A program made the translations under genes and the position numbers. A stretch of 64,000 nt of DNA from Monocercomonoides exilis PA203 (taxonomy: Eukaryota; Protista; Preaxostyla), in assembly GCA_001643675.2 (NCBI GenBank), contig LSRY02000016.1, forward strand, positions 744,001 through 808,000. Reading direction: 5' to 3'. Below are positions 1 to 12,500 of this stretch, one piece after another; the first letter of the stretch is position 1, and each line of letters opens with the position of its first letter. Under the pieces are notes generated by a model. It worked only from the letters and a program-made list of their open reading frames with translations. It did no database searches and had not been told where the DNA came from.

Positions 1-784
1 ATGGCTCTGGTTTATCACAACGAAGCGATGCACCAAAGAATGGTGATCCCTTTAATGATTTGAGAATAATAAAAAGAAAAAAAGAAAGAAAAACATGAAA
101 CAAACTGAAAATGGATATTTCTGACGAAGATGAAACTGTGGAACAAAATATTGAGGAACATAAAAAACATGCCCCGCAAATGTAAGACGATGACATCTAT
201 AGAATTAGTACAAAAAACAAAAAACAAAATGCCAAATGTTAATTTGAAAAATAAAATAATTAACAACTGAAATGATTTTTTTAATTGCATACGCTCTTGG
301 TGCGCGAGGCATTAAAACTGGAATTGATGCGCGTTTTCCTTCAACAATGCTCGGTGAAGAACGAAGCGGAAAATCAATTCCCATCATTGTGTCATAGCGT
401 TGTATTGTTGAATATCGAACGGCTAACTCTCGAATAAACTCTTCTCTTTCCTGAGTAAACACAACAAATGGTTGCCCGCTTGAAAATTCTAGCTTCATTG
501 CGCTTTCATCGTTCAGATCAATTGTGACTGCTCGCAGTTTTCGAAGTGAAAAAGAAACATTTCTTGGTGATGGATAAACCTGAACAAAATGAACGTTGCA
601 CCTAGAAATGCCTATATAACACTTATCGTGCAATGTCGATGCGAGAACAGCATAAACAATACGATCTTGGACAACGGCACTCACAAATCTGCTCACAGCA
701 AACATGTGTGATCTTTTAACCGCAATGAATTTTTTCTTCAAACAACAAAATATTGTATAAAACCTCTTTATCCAAATTGGACAT
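1..784 (-). CDS. Spliced protein-coding gene, 3' end beyond the left edge; unknown protein with a possible PH-like N-terminal fold
   Basis: ATG at 784. Removing introns 763-736 (28 nt, tentative), 292-197 (GTATGC...TACTAAT...TAG) and 105-50 (GTTTGT...AAG) gives one open frame: MSNLDKE-KKFIAVKRSH...PRAPRA-CHRLTFAGHVFYVPQ...KYPFS-GSPFFGASLRCDKPEP. The PH-like assignment is only a pattern impression. Confidence 0.7.
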
Positions 785-1799
785 TTTATTTGTAATAGTA
801 ATATGTAGTTGAAAAGAAATGGTTAGCTTTTTGTTTTATGTGAAAAATGAAAGTCTTGTATTTTGTTTCATTTTTATTTTTTTCTTAAAATGAAACAAAT
901 TGGTCTCATTTTTAATTGTTCTATAATTGTTCATTGATTTGTTATTGCAAAAGATGAATATATATCAAAAAAAAAAACAACAATCAGTTTTTACAACTTA
1001 TATAACACCTCATTTAAAACAAAAAAAATTCGAAATATGGGTGATTTTTTATGGGATCATTAAATTCGACACATCAAATGTGACAGATTGAATTGGAGAA
1101 AAAAAACAATTTATTTTAATAAAAACATTTATAATAAAAACAAATGGGTATTTTTCTTTGAAAAGTTACATGATTTTTATTTTATCCCTTAAAAAAATGA
1201 TTTTTAAATGTTGATCATTCCGTTCCCATCACTAATTTTTGTGAATTCCTCATTTGTATTTATTTCACATATCATCGAATATAAAGTTTCAAAAAGATCT
1301 ATTTCACAAAGTTTTTGAATTCACTTTTCATATTTTATTTAAAAAATAAACTATTTGTTGTTATTTGTTGCAAACACTTATTTCCATAAATTTTTGCCTT
1401 TTTTGTTTCATCCATTTGAAAAGACATTTTGATTTTTTGAACTTTCATAAACATTTCATTATTTCAATGAATTGAAAAAACGAAAAGGTGAAAAGTCGTA
1501 TGTCTTGTGTTATTTTTTGAAAGTTAATGATAACGAGAATTCAAACGTAATAATACTCATGAAATAAAAATTGTATTCAAGAATTAAAGCAAATTAATTG
1601 ATTACTTATGTTTTAAAAAAATCTAATATTATCTGCAATATCAACATCAAAAGACCTGAAATCAAAAACTCAAAATGATATAAATCATTTTTCGAATCGA
1701 ATGACGAATCACATCTTTTGTGGATGAAATTATCTCTTTTGCTTTTTTCTCACCTTTTTTTTCCTCTTTTAGATATTTCAAGGAGTATTTATTGTTAAA

Positions 1800-4700
1800 A
1801 AGTACTTATCACACAAAAACGGGAAAATTGGCGGATGATTAACATTTCTGATCCTGATGCGAATGCGTTGGTCCTGTTATTGGAAGAGCTACGGATAGAC
1901 GTTTTGTGGTATCTGAAAAATCTTCCAGAGGTTGATCCTTCACTGAAGTCTTCGCTTCACTCTGCGCCTTTATCATTTTCTCCATCCTCATCTTCTTCTT
2001 CAACTGGAGCATAACTCTAATTTAACTCAACAATCTAGATGTAGAGAAGAAAAGAGAAGAATGCAACAGGTTTAATAAATCATCCGTATCTTCATCAGCG
2101 CCTGCGATTTATCCATTGGATGCCTCGGCTGTGGTGACATTATAGACGTCGGCAGCGACTATGAATTACTTCAAGATACGACTGCGGATTTTGGTGCCTA
2201 AGGCGTCTGGGATATATGCACGGCACAAGCAGATGTTGCTGCAGAAATTGCTGGGTTATGTTGTTGCGCAGCGGGCGGTGCTGTTTGGAGCCGTTGCGTG
2301 CACTTCTGATGTGGTGCGTTCGGTGATGCTTTCTATTGCGCTGGGTGCTCCGCTTTCTTCAATTGATGAATAGCAGTTGATGAAGTTGGGCAGCAAGAAT
2401 GTCTTTGTTGTGCAAGTGTGGATGCGTTCCCATCGATCTTCAAATCTTTTTAGTCCGTAGCTGCTTCCGTTGGAGACAGCGTGGCTGGTTTTGCAATCAA
2501 TGAAGTCGAGGAGCGTTATGGTGACGAATAAGATGAAAGAGGAAGTGATGCGGCCAGTGGTTGCAGTGAACAAAGTGCTGGAAAAGTTTGGGAGATGGCG
2601 CTGGAGGCGGAAATGTTGAAGATGGAGGATGTCGTTCATGTGATGGAAGCGACTGTGCTGGTTGTAATTGAGGAGAGAGAAGGAGCAGAAGGAGCAGAAG
2701 AAGTGGAAGAAGAAGGAAAGGACTGAGGAGGAGTAGTAGAAGAGAAAAAAAAAACATTAAGTGGTGAAACAGGAGATGGATAAGAAGTTTATGGAGTTCA
2801 ACATGTGGACGAAATATATTTGAAATGACAAGCGGCTTTTGAAGCTGACAAATGGTTAATGGAGGAGAACAGGAGAATGGCAATCTCATTTAGATGAGTG
2901 ATTGGAAGATTCTTCAGCTGAGCGAGAAGTGCAATGAAGAGGTGAAGGAGATGCAGGTCAGCCTGTTACGATAATGAGAAGGTTGAGCTGAGTGTTGAGG
3001 GGATTTAGAATGAAAAGAAACGCAAGATGCAACAGGGCGGAGTTGTGAGTGTGGATAGCAAGTGGAAACTTGTGGATTGGGGATTAAGTATTTCATATCT
3101 TCTTCGTTGGTTTCTCTGTGCAAGAAGTGATGGTTCTGTTTTTGATTTCGTTGATTCTTCAGCCGCATCTGTTTGAAAAATTCCAGGAGAAGTTTTCAGC
3201 GAGCATAGGAGATTGAAGCGCTGTGATGTTCGACACAAACCCGAGCTGGAAGTGGGTTGATATGAAAGTGGAAGTGGAGCGAGTGTTGTGGGAGAAGCAA
3301 GCAGCGGTGGAGCAGAAAACGTTTGCGATTGTGATGGAGGATGAGTGGATACAACTGAGAAGCAGAAGACGAACCAGATAAAGAAGGAAACGAAGATTCT
3401 GATAAAGCTGCTGAAAGTGCACGCACAGATAACAAGAAAGCAGAAGGCGTTGTTCAAGGAGGTGATTGAGAATCAGAAGAAGAGTGAAGCTGTGCAGAAG
3501 GCGATGATTCACTGGGTTTAGCTGTTCCTGAAGGATTTTGCGGAGGAACAGATGTTTGGAAAGTTTGTTCATGAATTGTTCACTAAAGATGAACTGTTGT
3601 TCTTCATGCATTGTGACACATTACTGCTTGAAGGGTGTTCTGTATCAGCAGCCGACGGAAGAGAGCGAAAACTTCCTGATAGAATCGTTCCGAATGTTCC
3701 GGAAGTGCTCCAACACGTTTTTTGAAAGGGCTTCTGAGAAGAAGATCATGATATTTTTTTGTGAATCTGAGAGGATGAAGTCGGAGAAGGGAGAGACAGA
3801 TGCATTTGTGTTTCGGCGGTTTCTGCCAAACAACTGCCGCGCAGAGGCAGCGAAGCTGAAGGAGGAGATGAAGGTCCTGTATGATGTCAAATGTTCTGGA
3901 AATGCATGGACTTCTTCATTTTTACCATCAGAGGCAGCTTTCAGAGGAATTGTGTTTGGAGAACTGGAATCTCTTCTGTGTGTGCTATCCGCAGACTCCA
4001 AAGGCGCTGTCGCTGCGGATCTTCCGGGATGCGTACCGGCTATCGGATTGTGGCGAACCGTCTCTCGCATAGGCACTGATGTCCTGCCAGCCCAACAACA
4101 TCTTCGCGCGATTCCCGTGGCTGCTGAAGGTGTGCGATTTGTCCGACCGGCAGGCGCCTCTGACAGCGTCTGAGAATTGAGCAGCTGCGAAGACTGTGAG
4201 CCTGCACTTGGAGCTGCTGAAGCCGGTGCTGTACGGCTGCGTGCGGGTGCTATCGGAAGTGTCGGGAGGTGCAGGGCTGAAGCTGCGTGTGGAGGCTGTA
4301 TAGTCGGCGGTGGAGAAGAAAGAAGGCGGTGGGGGCTGTTCTGGATTGTGCGGCTGCTGGTGGAGTTTGTGGGGCTGTAGCTGAGGAGGAATGAGGTTGA
4401 AGTGGCGAACTGCTTTGTGATGCTGCTCTGATACGGGAAAGGTGTGGTGCAGTTCCACGAGGAGATTGCGTGGCAGAGGGAGGACGAAGGAGGCGATGAC
4501 TTGCCTTTATCTTCTGATGCTGTTTCTTCTTCAGCACAGCACAAGCAGGTCCCGAGCGAGAAAGAGTTAACGATCAACAACATGCTGCAATCCTTTGAGT
4601 GTGCATTGTGTGTGATCGATCCTTCGATTTCGCAGCCCAAATCGTCATCCGCGTTGTCTTCTTCTTCGAAACCTTTTTCTTTTTCTTCTTGTTTCATTTG

Positions 4701-5200
4701 AATCATCTTTAACTTATTGCCCACGTTTTCTTTTAAAGAATTTCTTGAAATGAACAAACATTTCACTAATCTTGAAAACATGTGGATTTTTTTGTATGCA
4801 TAATAGAACAATATGCATTTTTGAGAGAAGAAGAAGAACAAGATGAGGAAGATGAGGAAGAGGAGGAAGAAGATGATGATAGAGGAATTTGTCTGTTTTC
4901 TTCTTGTTGTATTGGAACAGAAGCACTGCTGCTTTGATGTTCAAAATGAGGCCAATTCTCGACATTCAATGCATGTGAAGCAGATGATGGTGAAGAAGGC
5001 GAAGAAGGAGAAGGAGAAGAAGGAGAAGAAGACGGAGAAGAAACCACATAACTCGTAAAAATGTTGCTTGAAATGGATTGTTCCTGGGAATGCCGCTCAA
5101 CAGAAAAAATGCTGTTCATTGGAATGGAAATAAAAAGACATAAAACAACAATAATTAGTTTTGCATTGATTACAAAATTCTTCAAAAGAACACGCATGCC
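1800..5200 (+). pseudogene. Decayed coding relics of lineage-specific gene family or families (many stops and frameshifts)
   Basis: Much higher GC than the flanks, a purine-rich + strand, acidic GAA/GAG runs (e.g. 4825-5045) and fragmented protein-like frames (3538-4173, 4444-4701). No recognisable domain. Confidence 0.45.
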
Positions 5201-5900
5201 TTCCCTATCGCAAATGCAGAGGATTGTCCAATCACAAATGCTTCCATTCTCCTTTTCCATTGTTTCCCTGTGCTCCTTTCTCTATCATCCTTTTTTCCCC
5301 ATAAATATCCTGCTTTCGATGTTTTCATCCACTTTCTTTTTCAGAAAAAATTATCTCTTCATTTTTTTCTTTCCAAATGCTTCCCAATTGTTGATATTCT
5401 TCTTCAATTTCCCTTCTCATCCAAATGCTTTTCAATTTTATTCATTTTCTTCCCCTGTACCAATTGAATACAAAAAATTATGCAATTCCCATCTGATGGT
5501 TGTCTCTCGTCATCCAGCCTCTTCTGATGTTTCTCTTCGAAAAGCAAAGGAATGGTAATTAATATAATTTATCAGATTCTAGAGCTCTGAGAAATCCACA
5601 GATGGAAACTTCCTCGTTATAATTGAGAACTATAAAAAATGCGTACATTAATTTTTTCATATGTTATTTTGGAAAATGAATTTCCTTCAAAGATGCTTTT
5701 CATAGAAATCATCTTGCCAAATTCCATCATCAATTCCCAACCGTCACTGACCTTGTCACTGAGTAAAATATTATCTTCTATCTTGCATAGAATGTTCATT
5801 ATCCCTTTTCTTATCCGGTCAATAAACTTTCATGGAAAAAAGATAACTGAACAATCAAATTAGCCATAACATTTTTTCCAATAAATCTTTAATTGAAAAA
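5200..5900 (-). pseudogene. Decayed coding relic, opposite orientation to the 1800-5200 relic
   Basis: Purine bias switches to the - strand; short protein-like frames (5617-5799) interrupted by stops. Confidence 0.3.
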
Positions 5901-6053
5901 CATTCGATCGATAACATGTTATTTAATTCAAAAAAAATCCCTCTTCAGATTTACAAATATTTTTTAAAATGAAAATTATTAAACAACAAAAAAAATTACT
6001 CATGAAAGATCAACGATGCAACGATTTTATGATCTCATAAAAAATCACACATA

Positions 6054-7065
6054 TGGTCAACTTTTTAATGGGACTTTTTCCTTTATTGGCACTTTTTTTA
6101 TTTTCGATCACAAAAAGCTGAGAAGTGTGAAATGGCTTTCAGCATTTGGATAACCGATTTTAACAAAGTTGATTCAATTTATTACCGGTTTGTTTTTTAA
6201 TTTTTGTTTATTATTTAACGAGATATTACGTTTTTTTGATAAATTTGAATTGGTTTTTCCCACTCAACCGAGCATTTCCAGAAAATGAAAACTACTGTTT
6301 TCAAAAGCACAAACTATAATCTTACTGCTTTTAAATTCTTTTTTTTTAACAAACATATTTTTCGTGTTATTTTTGCATTTCATTTTTTTAACAACATGCT
6401 AACATAAAACTGATTGTTTCTTTGTAAATATAATGAAATGAAAAAAATAAAAATATGATGTGCAAAACAAACACTTTAATAATGAAATATTGAAAAAATA
6501 ATTAATTAAATTTTTTTATATGTTCAGAACAACCAAATGGCTCCAACGAAAAATGATCAATGATCAAGTTTTTGTAACAAAGTTAAGTTTGAGACTAATT
6601 TAAAATGAGAATGTTTTGTTATTTCTACACTTCATTATTAAAGTGTTTGTTTTGCACATCATATTTTTATTTTTTTCATTTCATTATATTTACAAAGAAA
6701 CAATCAGTTTTATGTTAGCATGTTGTTAAAAAAATGAAATGCAAAAATAACACGAAAAATATGTTTGTTAAAAAAAAAGAATTTAAAAGCAGTAAGATTA
6801 TAGTTTGTGCTTTTGAAAACAGTAGTTTTCATTTTCTGGAAATGCTCGGTTGAGTGGGAAAAACCAATTCAAATTTATCAAAAAAACGTAATATCTCGTT
6901 AAATAATAAACAAAAATTAAAAAACAAACCGGTAATAAATTGAATCAACTTTGTTAAAATCGGTTATCCAAATGCTGAAAGCCATTTCACACTTCTCAGC
7001 TTTTTGTGATCGAAAATAAAAAAAGTGCCAATAAAGGAAAAAGTCCCATTAAAAAAAGTTGACCC
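6054..7065. mobile_element. Foldback/MITE-like element with about 432-bp near-perfect inverted arms
   Basis: Arms 6055-6486 and 6631-7064 appear identical except for a 2-nt difference in a T/A run; 144-bp spacer. Termini GGTCAACTTTTT...AAAAAGTTGACC. TA flanks at 6052-6053 and 7066-7067 if one terminal mismatch is allowed. Confidence 0.9.
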
Positions 7066-8658
7066 TACGCTTATGATGCAGATGCTTTTGATGCTGTTAA
7101 TGCAAAAGTGTCTGAAACATCATTTTAACTCAAAGATGAAAAAAAATAGTAAATTTTTAATAAACAGTGCAAAAATCTTTTTTGGAAAGCTATTTGAAGC
7201 GTTTTTCAAGTATGTGTTTTCATTTTATTCGCACAACATTGGGGGTATTCTTATATTTTAAGGCTTTTTAATATTTAATTCTTCAAAATCATAAATATGA
7301 ATAAGAATTACAAGAAAAGATATGTTTTATCATTCCTTTGTTGGAAATTGAATAATGCAAAATAGAGTTAGTGAACGAACAATAAAATAAGACGTATTTA
7401 AAAACGTATGAATTGAAATAGTTAAAAATTATTTTATTTTTTTGTTCATCATGACCTACAACTAAAAGGATACACACTAATACATATTCAACAATTAAAC
7501 AAAATGTTTATATGAATTGAATCAAATCGAAACTTGATACTTTATAATTAGTCAAATAAGTGAAAAATTGGAATAAATGACAATATAAGATGGGAACGGA
7601 ATGATCAACATTTTCTGATCATTTGTGATCTGATTTTCAGATCAATTAATATTTTGTGCCTTTTCAAAAAAAAATACCCATATGGAAAATATTTCGGTTT
7701 ATATTTTCTTGTGAATAGCATAAAACACAATAATATTAACTCCACAAAAATTCTTATTTGTTTTGTGAGTAATCACTCATTTATTTTTTTTTATTTTTAG
7801 TTTTTGATAATACATATATTTATATATATAAGTGATCATTTTCGAAATCATATTTATTCTTTCAAAATTATCTGTTTTTGAATTCTTTAGGAAAATAATT
7901 TAATAATCGCTGAAAAGATACAACTCCTTTCAAAAATAATATTTTTTTAGAAAATTATATCAAACGTCATTATTTCAAACAATTTTATGAAATTCTTTCA
8001 AACAAATGAATAATTCCTCTCAAAGGAAATAAAACATTTGAATAATCAACACACTGAAAAGAGTTATGATTTCAATAATAATCACTTACGTGATAAAATA
8101 AAATTAATTAACGGGCGAAAATACGGACTTTCAAGCTTTTTATGCAAAAAGCATAAAAAAATTGTCTCACATTCAACATTTTTGAACTTAGTCAGATTTC
8201 ATAATAATTATGATTTTCATAACTGTAAACAAACATCATTGATATGATCACAAAATGTTTTGTGACCTCACATGTATTTCAATAAATAAACCCATTTTTT
8301 TTCAATTTTTTGATCACAAAAAGTTCATCGAAAGTGAAAAAATTTTCAATGAAAATGCCTGAAGTCAAATATTTTGTCCCAGATTCTATCGACAAATCTA
8401 TTCCAAGATGCTTTTAAAAATCTCTAGAAGTTTCAGCAATTAAATGTTTAATATTATTTTTATTTAAAAAACCTCCTTTTTTTTAACAGACGAAGCATCA
8501 AGTGATTTGTTAGGTCACAGAGGTGTATTAAAAATGCTTGAACAATTTTTATCGAAAATTTTCATTTTAAGACTTTCAACAACTCATTTGAAAATTTCCA
8601 ATATTTTTTGGAAATTGGATAAAACATGGAAATACTCATTGAAAATACAACTCATTAC

Positions 8659-8931
8659 AAAAAAAAAAATAAAAAATAAAAAATAAAAAATAAAAAATAA
8701 AAAAAATAAAAAATAAAAAATAAAAAAAAATAAAAAATAAATAAAAAAAAAAAAATAAAAATAAAAAAAATAAAAAATAAAAAATAAAAAAAAATAAAAA
8801 AATAAAAATAAAAAATAAAAAATAAAAAAAATAAAAAATAAAAAATAAAAAAAAAATAAAAAATAAAAAAAAAAATAAAAAATAAAAAAAAATAAAAAAT
8901 AAAAAATAAAATAAAATAAAATAAAAATAAA
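8659..8931. repeat. Degenerate (A4-12T)n simple repeat
   Basis: About 270 bp made only of A runs punctuated by single T. Confidence 0.95.
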
Positions 8932-9544
8932 TTTGATTGAGAATATTTGATTCAATGATTTATCATATTATAGAATGAATAAAAATTGAAAAAAAGTTTG
9001 AGAACAGAAAAATATCATTATCAACGAATGAAATAATTTGCAGTGAGATAAAATCTGGTTCAGGCTGAATCTTATTTTTGAAAGAGAAATAATGAGATCT
9101 CTCTCTTTTTTTATTTTTTTAAGCCTATAAACACAGAGTGTTGTGAAGAGGATGAATCGAAAAAATACACTGATCATTGGAAGTCAAATAAAAAACAGAA
9201 AAAAATGTTATTTTTCAGAAAGATTCAAAGAAAAGTTGAAATAAAATCAATTGGGATTTACATTCTTGTTTTGAGAGTTTGTGATTTGCGCGAACTCAAA
9301 AATTCTATAAATAACAGTCATCTTTTCATCAAATGCAAAACCACAAAATTCGAAAGAATAAAAATACAATACAACACTTTATTAAACAAAAAATAAAAAC
9401 AAAATTAAAAATATTCCATTTGATAATGATTACTTGTTCACTGATTCATTTCTGTTCCAGATGAATGGAGATGAATGATAAAACTGATGAACTCAACAAC
9501 TTTGACCAATCACAGAAGATATGTATTGTCTTCTCAACAGCTTT

Positions 9545-12500
9545 TCAATGTGCTTCAAAACTCACTGCGGTCTCTTGTTTGATGTTTGGAATTTCAGTTT
9601 CTTCATCAAGATCAATTGCATCAGAAATTGTGAAAATCAAGGCATCTTTTGGAAATCTCTGGAAAAATTCTCTCTTGAGATCTGTGAGTTTTAGTCGTTT
9701 TGAGACGTCTTCTGAAACACATGATTGGATTACCTCAACCAAAGATGACGAATTGGACATCTCCATATTTGGCCTTTCTCCATTCACAATCTTCTGCCCT
9801 GCCACCTCTGCCTCGAATTCTCCAAAAGGAATATTCAATGTCAGACACTCCCACAGCATCATCCCAATAGAGAATGCCACCGACTCCTTTGTTGCACCCA
9901 TCTTCATGTTTATCTGCAGCTCGGGTGCCTTCCACCTCAGACACTCTTTTTGGAATTCATCTTCATCCTCAAAGGCTAATGAAAGCAGAGAATCTCTATC
10001 ATCATCACTTGCAGAAGTCACAATAGTTGATGAAGAGATGGAAGAAGAGTCTGAATCATCATCTGACAATAAATCAGAATGCATCACTATACAGATAACC
10101 ATGTGTTCTGAGAATAACACAATATGCGGACTCAGATTGGTCAGTGAGGGAAGTTCATCTTCTTCATCTTCAAACGAGTGCAATGCCACATTAGCCACCC
10201 AGAATAGAATCTGGGAAGCTGTCATCTCCCGTTGTTGAAGACTGCCAATCTCTATTTCTTTCTTCTCATTCCTTCCATGAAGAAGCATGAACATAGAATC
10301 CCTCAAGTCAACGATCAGCTTCTCATGAGGGGATGAACAAGCCATGGCATCCACCAGATTCGACATGGATGAGGTGGTTGGACACAGATCTTCCCCTCGA
10401 ACAAATGTTGTGTCAGTGTCTGAAGTGTCTGTGGTTGAAGTGGATGAGATGGATGGTGATGGTGTTCTTTTCCTTGTCTCTTCCTCTTTCTCATCAACCT
10501 TTTCCAATGCCCATTGAGGAATCTTGTCTGAGTCTTTTCCCAAGATATATTCAGTCGAACCACTCTCACTCAGCAAATGCTCAGATGATTCAGAGTGTCC
10601 CAAGCTATTCTCATACACCCTCTTCTTTATCCTCTCTTCATTCTTCTTCTCTGCCTCCCTCTCAGCTCTCCTCCACTGCTCCTCAGGTGACATCTCCATC
10701 GTCACCATCTCAAACGCCTTAGAATCCTTTTTCACAGTGTCATTCACAATCTCTCTCAAGTCTTTCGCTTCATTCTTTGCATTTCTCCATCGAACAGCCA
10801 GAACAATAGCAATAGCAAGAATAATTAATAATACAACAACCAATAAAACAATTACGATCAATACCCATGATGATTTTCCTTCTTTCCCTCCTTCAACAAT
10901 TCTTTCATCTCCCTTTGAACCAGATTCACTTTTGTTTTTGAGAATAATTCGATCTGTTGATGAAGGTGAGTCGATTCTTCCAAATTGTATTGCTACAGAT
11001 ACCTCGGATTCATCAGATGATTGCTCAATCATAGCTGATGAAATGTCTGCAACAACAGCCTCTTCTGATATAAATCCATCTCTTTCAAAGGAGTATGGAT
11101 CCACAGTTTCTTCTTCTCCAACAGCCACAATCACTGAGAACGATAGATTGCAGGGGAGAAGGAGCAATCCCTTGAAGTGCAGTGTTGTGAATTCTCCCTT
11201 TTGTTCTGTCTTCACACTCTCCAGCGAAGGAATGAACAGCTCCGATGGTCTGTTATCGCTCAGCCCTGACAGCTGGCATCCACTGCCCAGAATCCACAGC
11301 GATGAATTGTCCTTCCATCCATCTCCTCCCTTCAGACTGGTCAACGAAAGTGAACCATTTCCTTCACAAACAACGTTTCTTCTCACAGATGGATATCCTT
11401 CGATTCTCGGATTGTTATCAAAAAATTTTCCTTCTTCAATATTTACAACTCCACCTCTCACACCCAAAGCACCCTGCGATGCATTTCCCATTGTTGTATC
11501 CCTGATGATAGCAATACTGCCTGACAGTTCCACCAACGATTCATTCCATCGGCAGATTGCACCTGAATCCATTTCAATAGAAGCAAGTGGTTCTTGTTGT
11601 TTGCCCATGAAACTGCACAAATCAACTGTGATCTCAGAGCACGATTTGAATGATGCAACAGTGGGATTGCTGGATTGAGATGTGCTCTGTGAAAGTGAAC
11701 AGTTGCTCAAATGCACTTTGCCAGATAATTGGTCTGCACAGAAAAGAGATGCATCTGTTGCAGAGGATGTGATATTTGAGATGCACAAATCAATGAGAGA
11801 AACATTCCAATTTCCATTTGAATTTGAACCAGGATTGGTCGAGTGGATTTTGAACACGCTTCCATTTGCCTGAGTATTTGAACAGGCAAGCTTTTCCACA
11901 CTCACAATCATACAGCCATCTACTATCACACAGCTTCCATTTGCAACAACATTTTCCAGTCTCACACTTTCCATGTGCACATCTGATGCATTGTGCAGCT
12001 CCATCACATTCCCTGTGAAGAACATTTCCGAAACATCCAAATGTGACACATTCACTGCATTTGCTTCTCTGATCAAGAGGAATGGCAATGCAATTCTCAT
12101 TGAAGCAATTCTGGATTGGAGGATTGAGAGCGAGCCTTGGGCAACACGCACCATGCTCAGTTGCAGTGTTTGCTCATTTGATGCAGACGGTGTATTTAAC
12201 ATATCCTGCGCTGAAAACATTGTGCGTGAAAGAACAAGAGAACCACTCTTCACATGCAAAAGGGATGGATGAGGCGATGAGAAATGTGCTCCAAATGCAA
12301 ATGTGATCAGATCAATCTCCACTCGCAGGGTGCACACAACGATCCCCTCTTCCTCTGCTCCATTCGCTGGCTGGTCCAGATGCACTGTTGCTGTCTCAAC
12401 TCTGTCCGCTGACCGGATTGCCACATCTCTTGCTGATGCTGGGCCTGCGATGAGGGAATTGCCAAAAATGAACAGGATACTGTATGTGCTGCTGATCACA

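Larger units (their letters stand above)
1146..7679. mobile_element. Putative 6.5-kb non-autonomous TIR element (GGG...CCC termini, AT target duplication; PHIS/ISL2EU-like) carrying gene relics and a nested foldback
   Basis: Left end AT|GGGTATTTTTCTTTGAAAAG (1146); right end CTTTTCAAAAAAAAATACCC|AT (7679). Perfect 25-bp inverted block AAATGTTGATCATTCCGTTCCCATC at 1206-1230 and 7589-7613. Weaker inverted similarity extends to about 1320/7500. No transposase recognised inside. Confidence 0.6.

Noticed and set aside
3645-4841. 398-aa minus-strand ORF as a real gene
   Set aside because: Composition indicates the + strand was the coding strand of a GC-rich relic; the ORF has no domain signal and a non-ATG start.
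8510-8530. GTCACAGAGGTGTA as another hAT terminus possibly bounding the giant receptor gene
   Set aside because: The match is short and imperfect, with no partner TIR, subterminal repeats or TSD found.
8584-8955. 123-aa Phe/Ile/Tyr-rich membrane-like ORF
   Set aside because: It is the translation of the A/T simple repeat.
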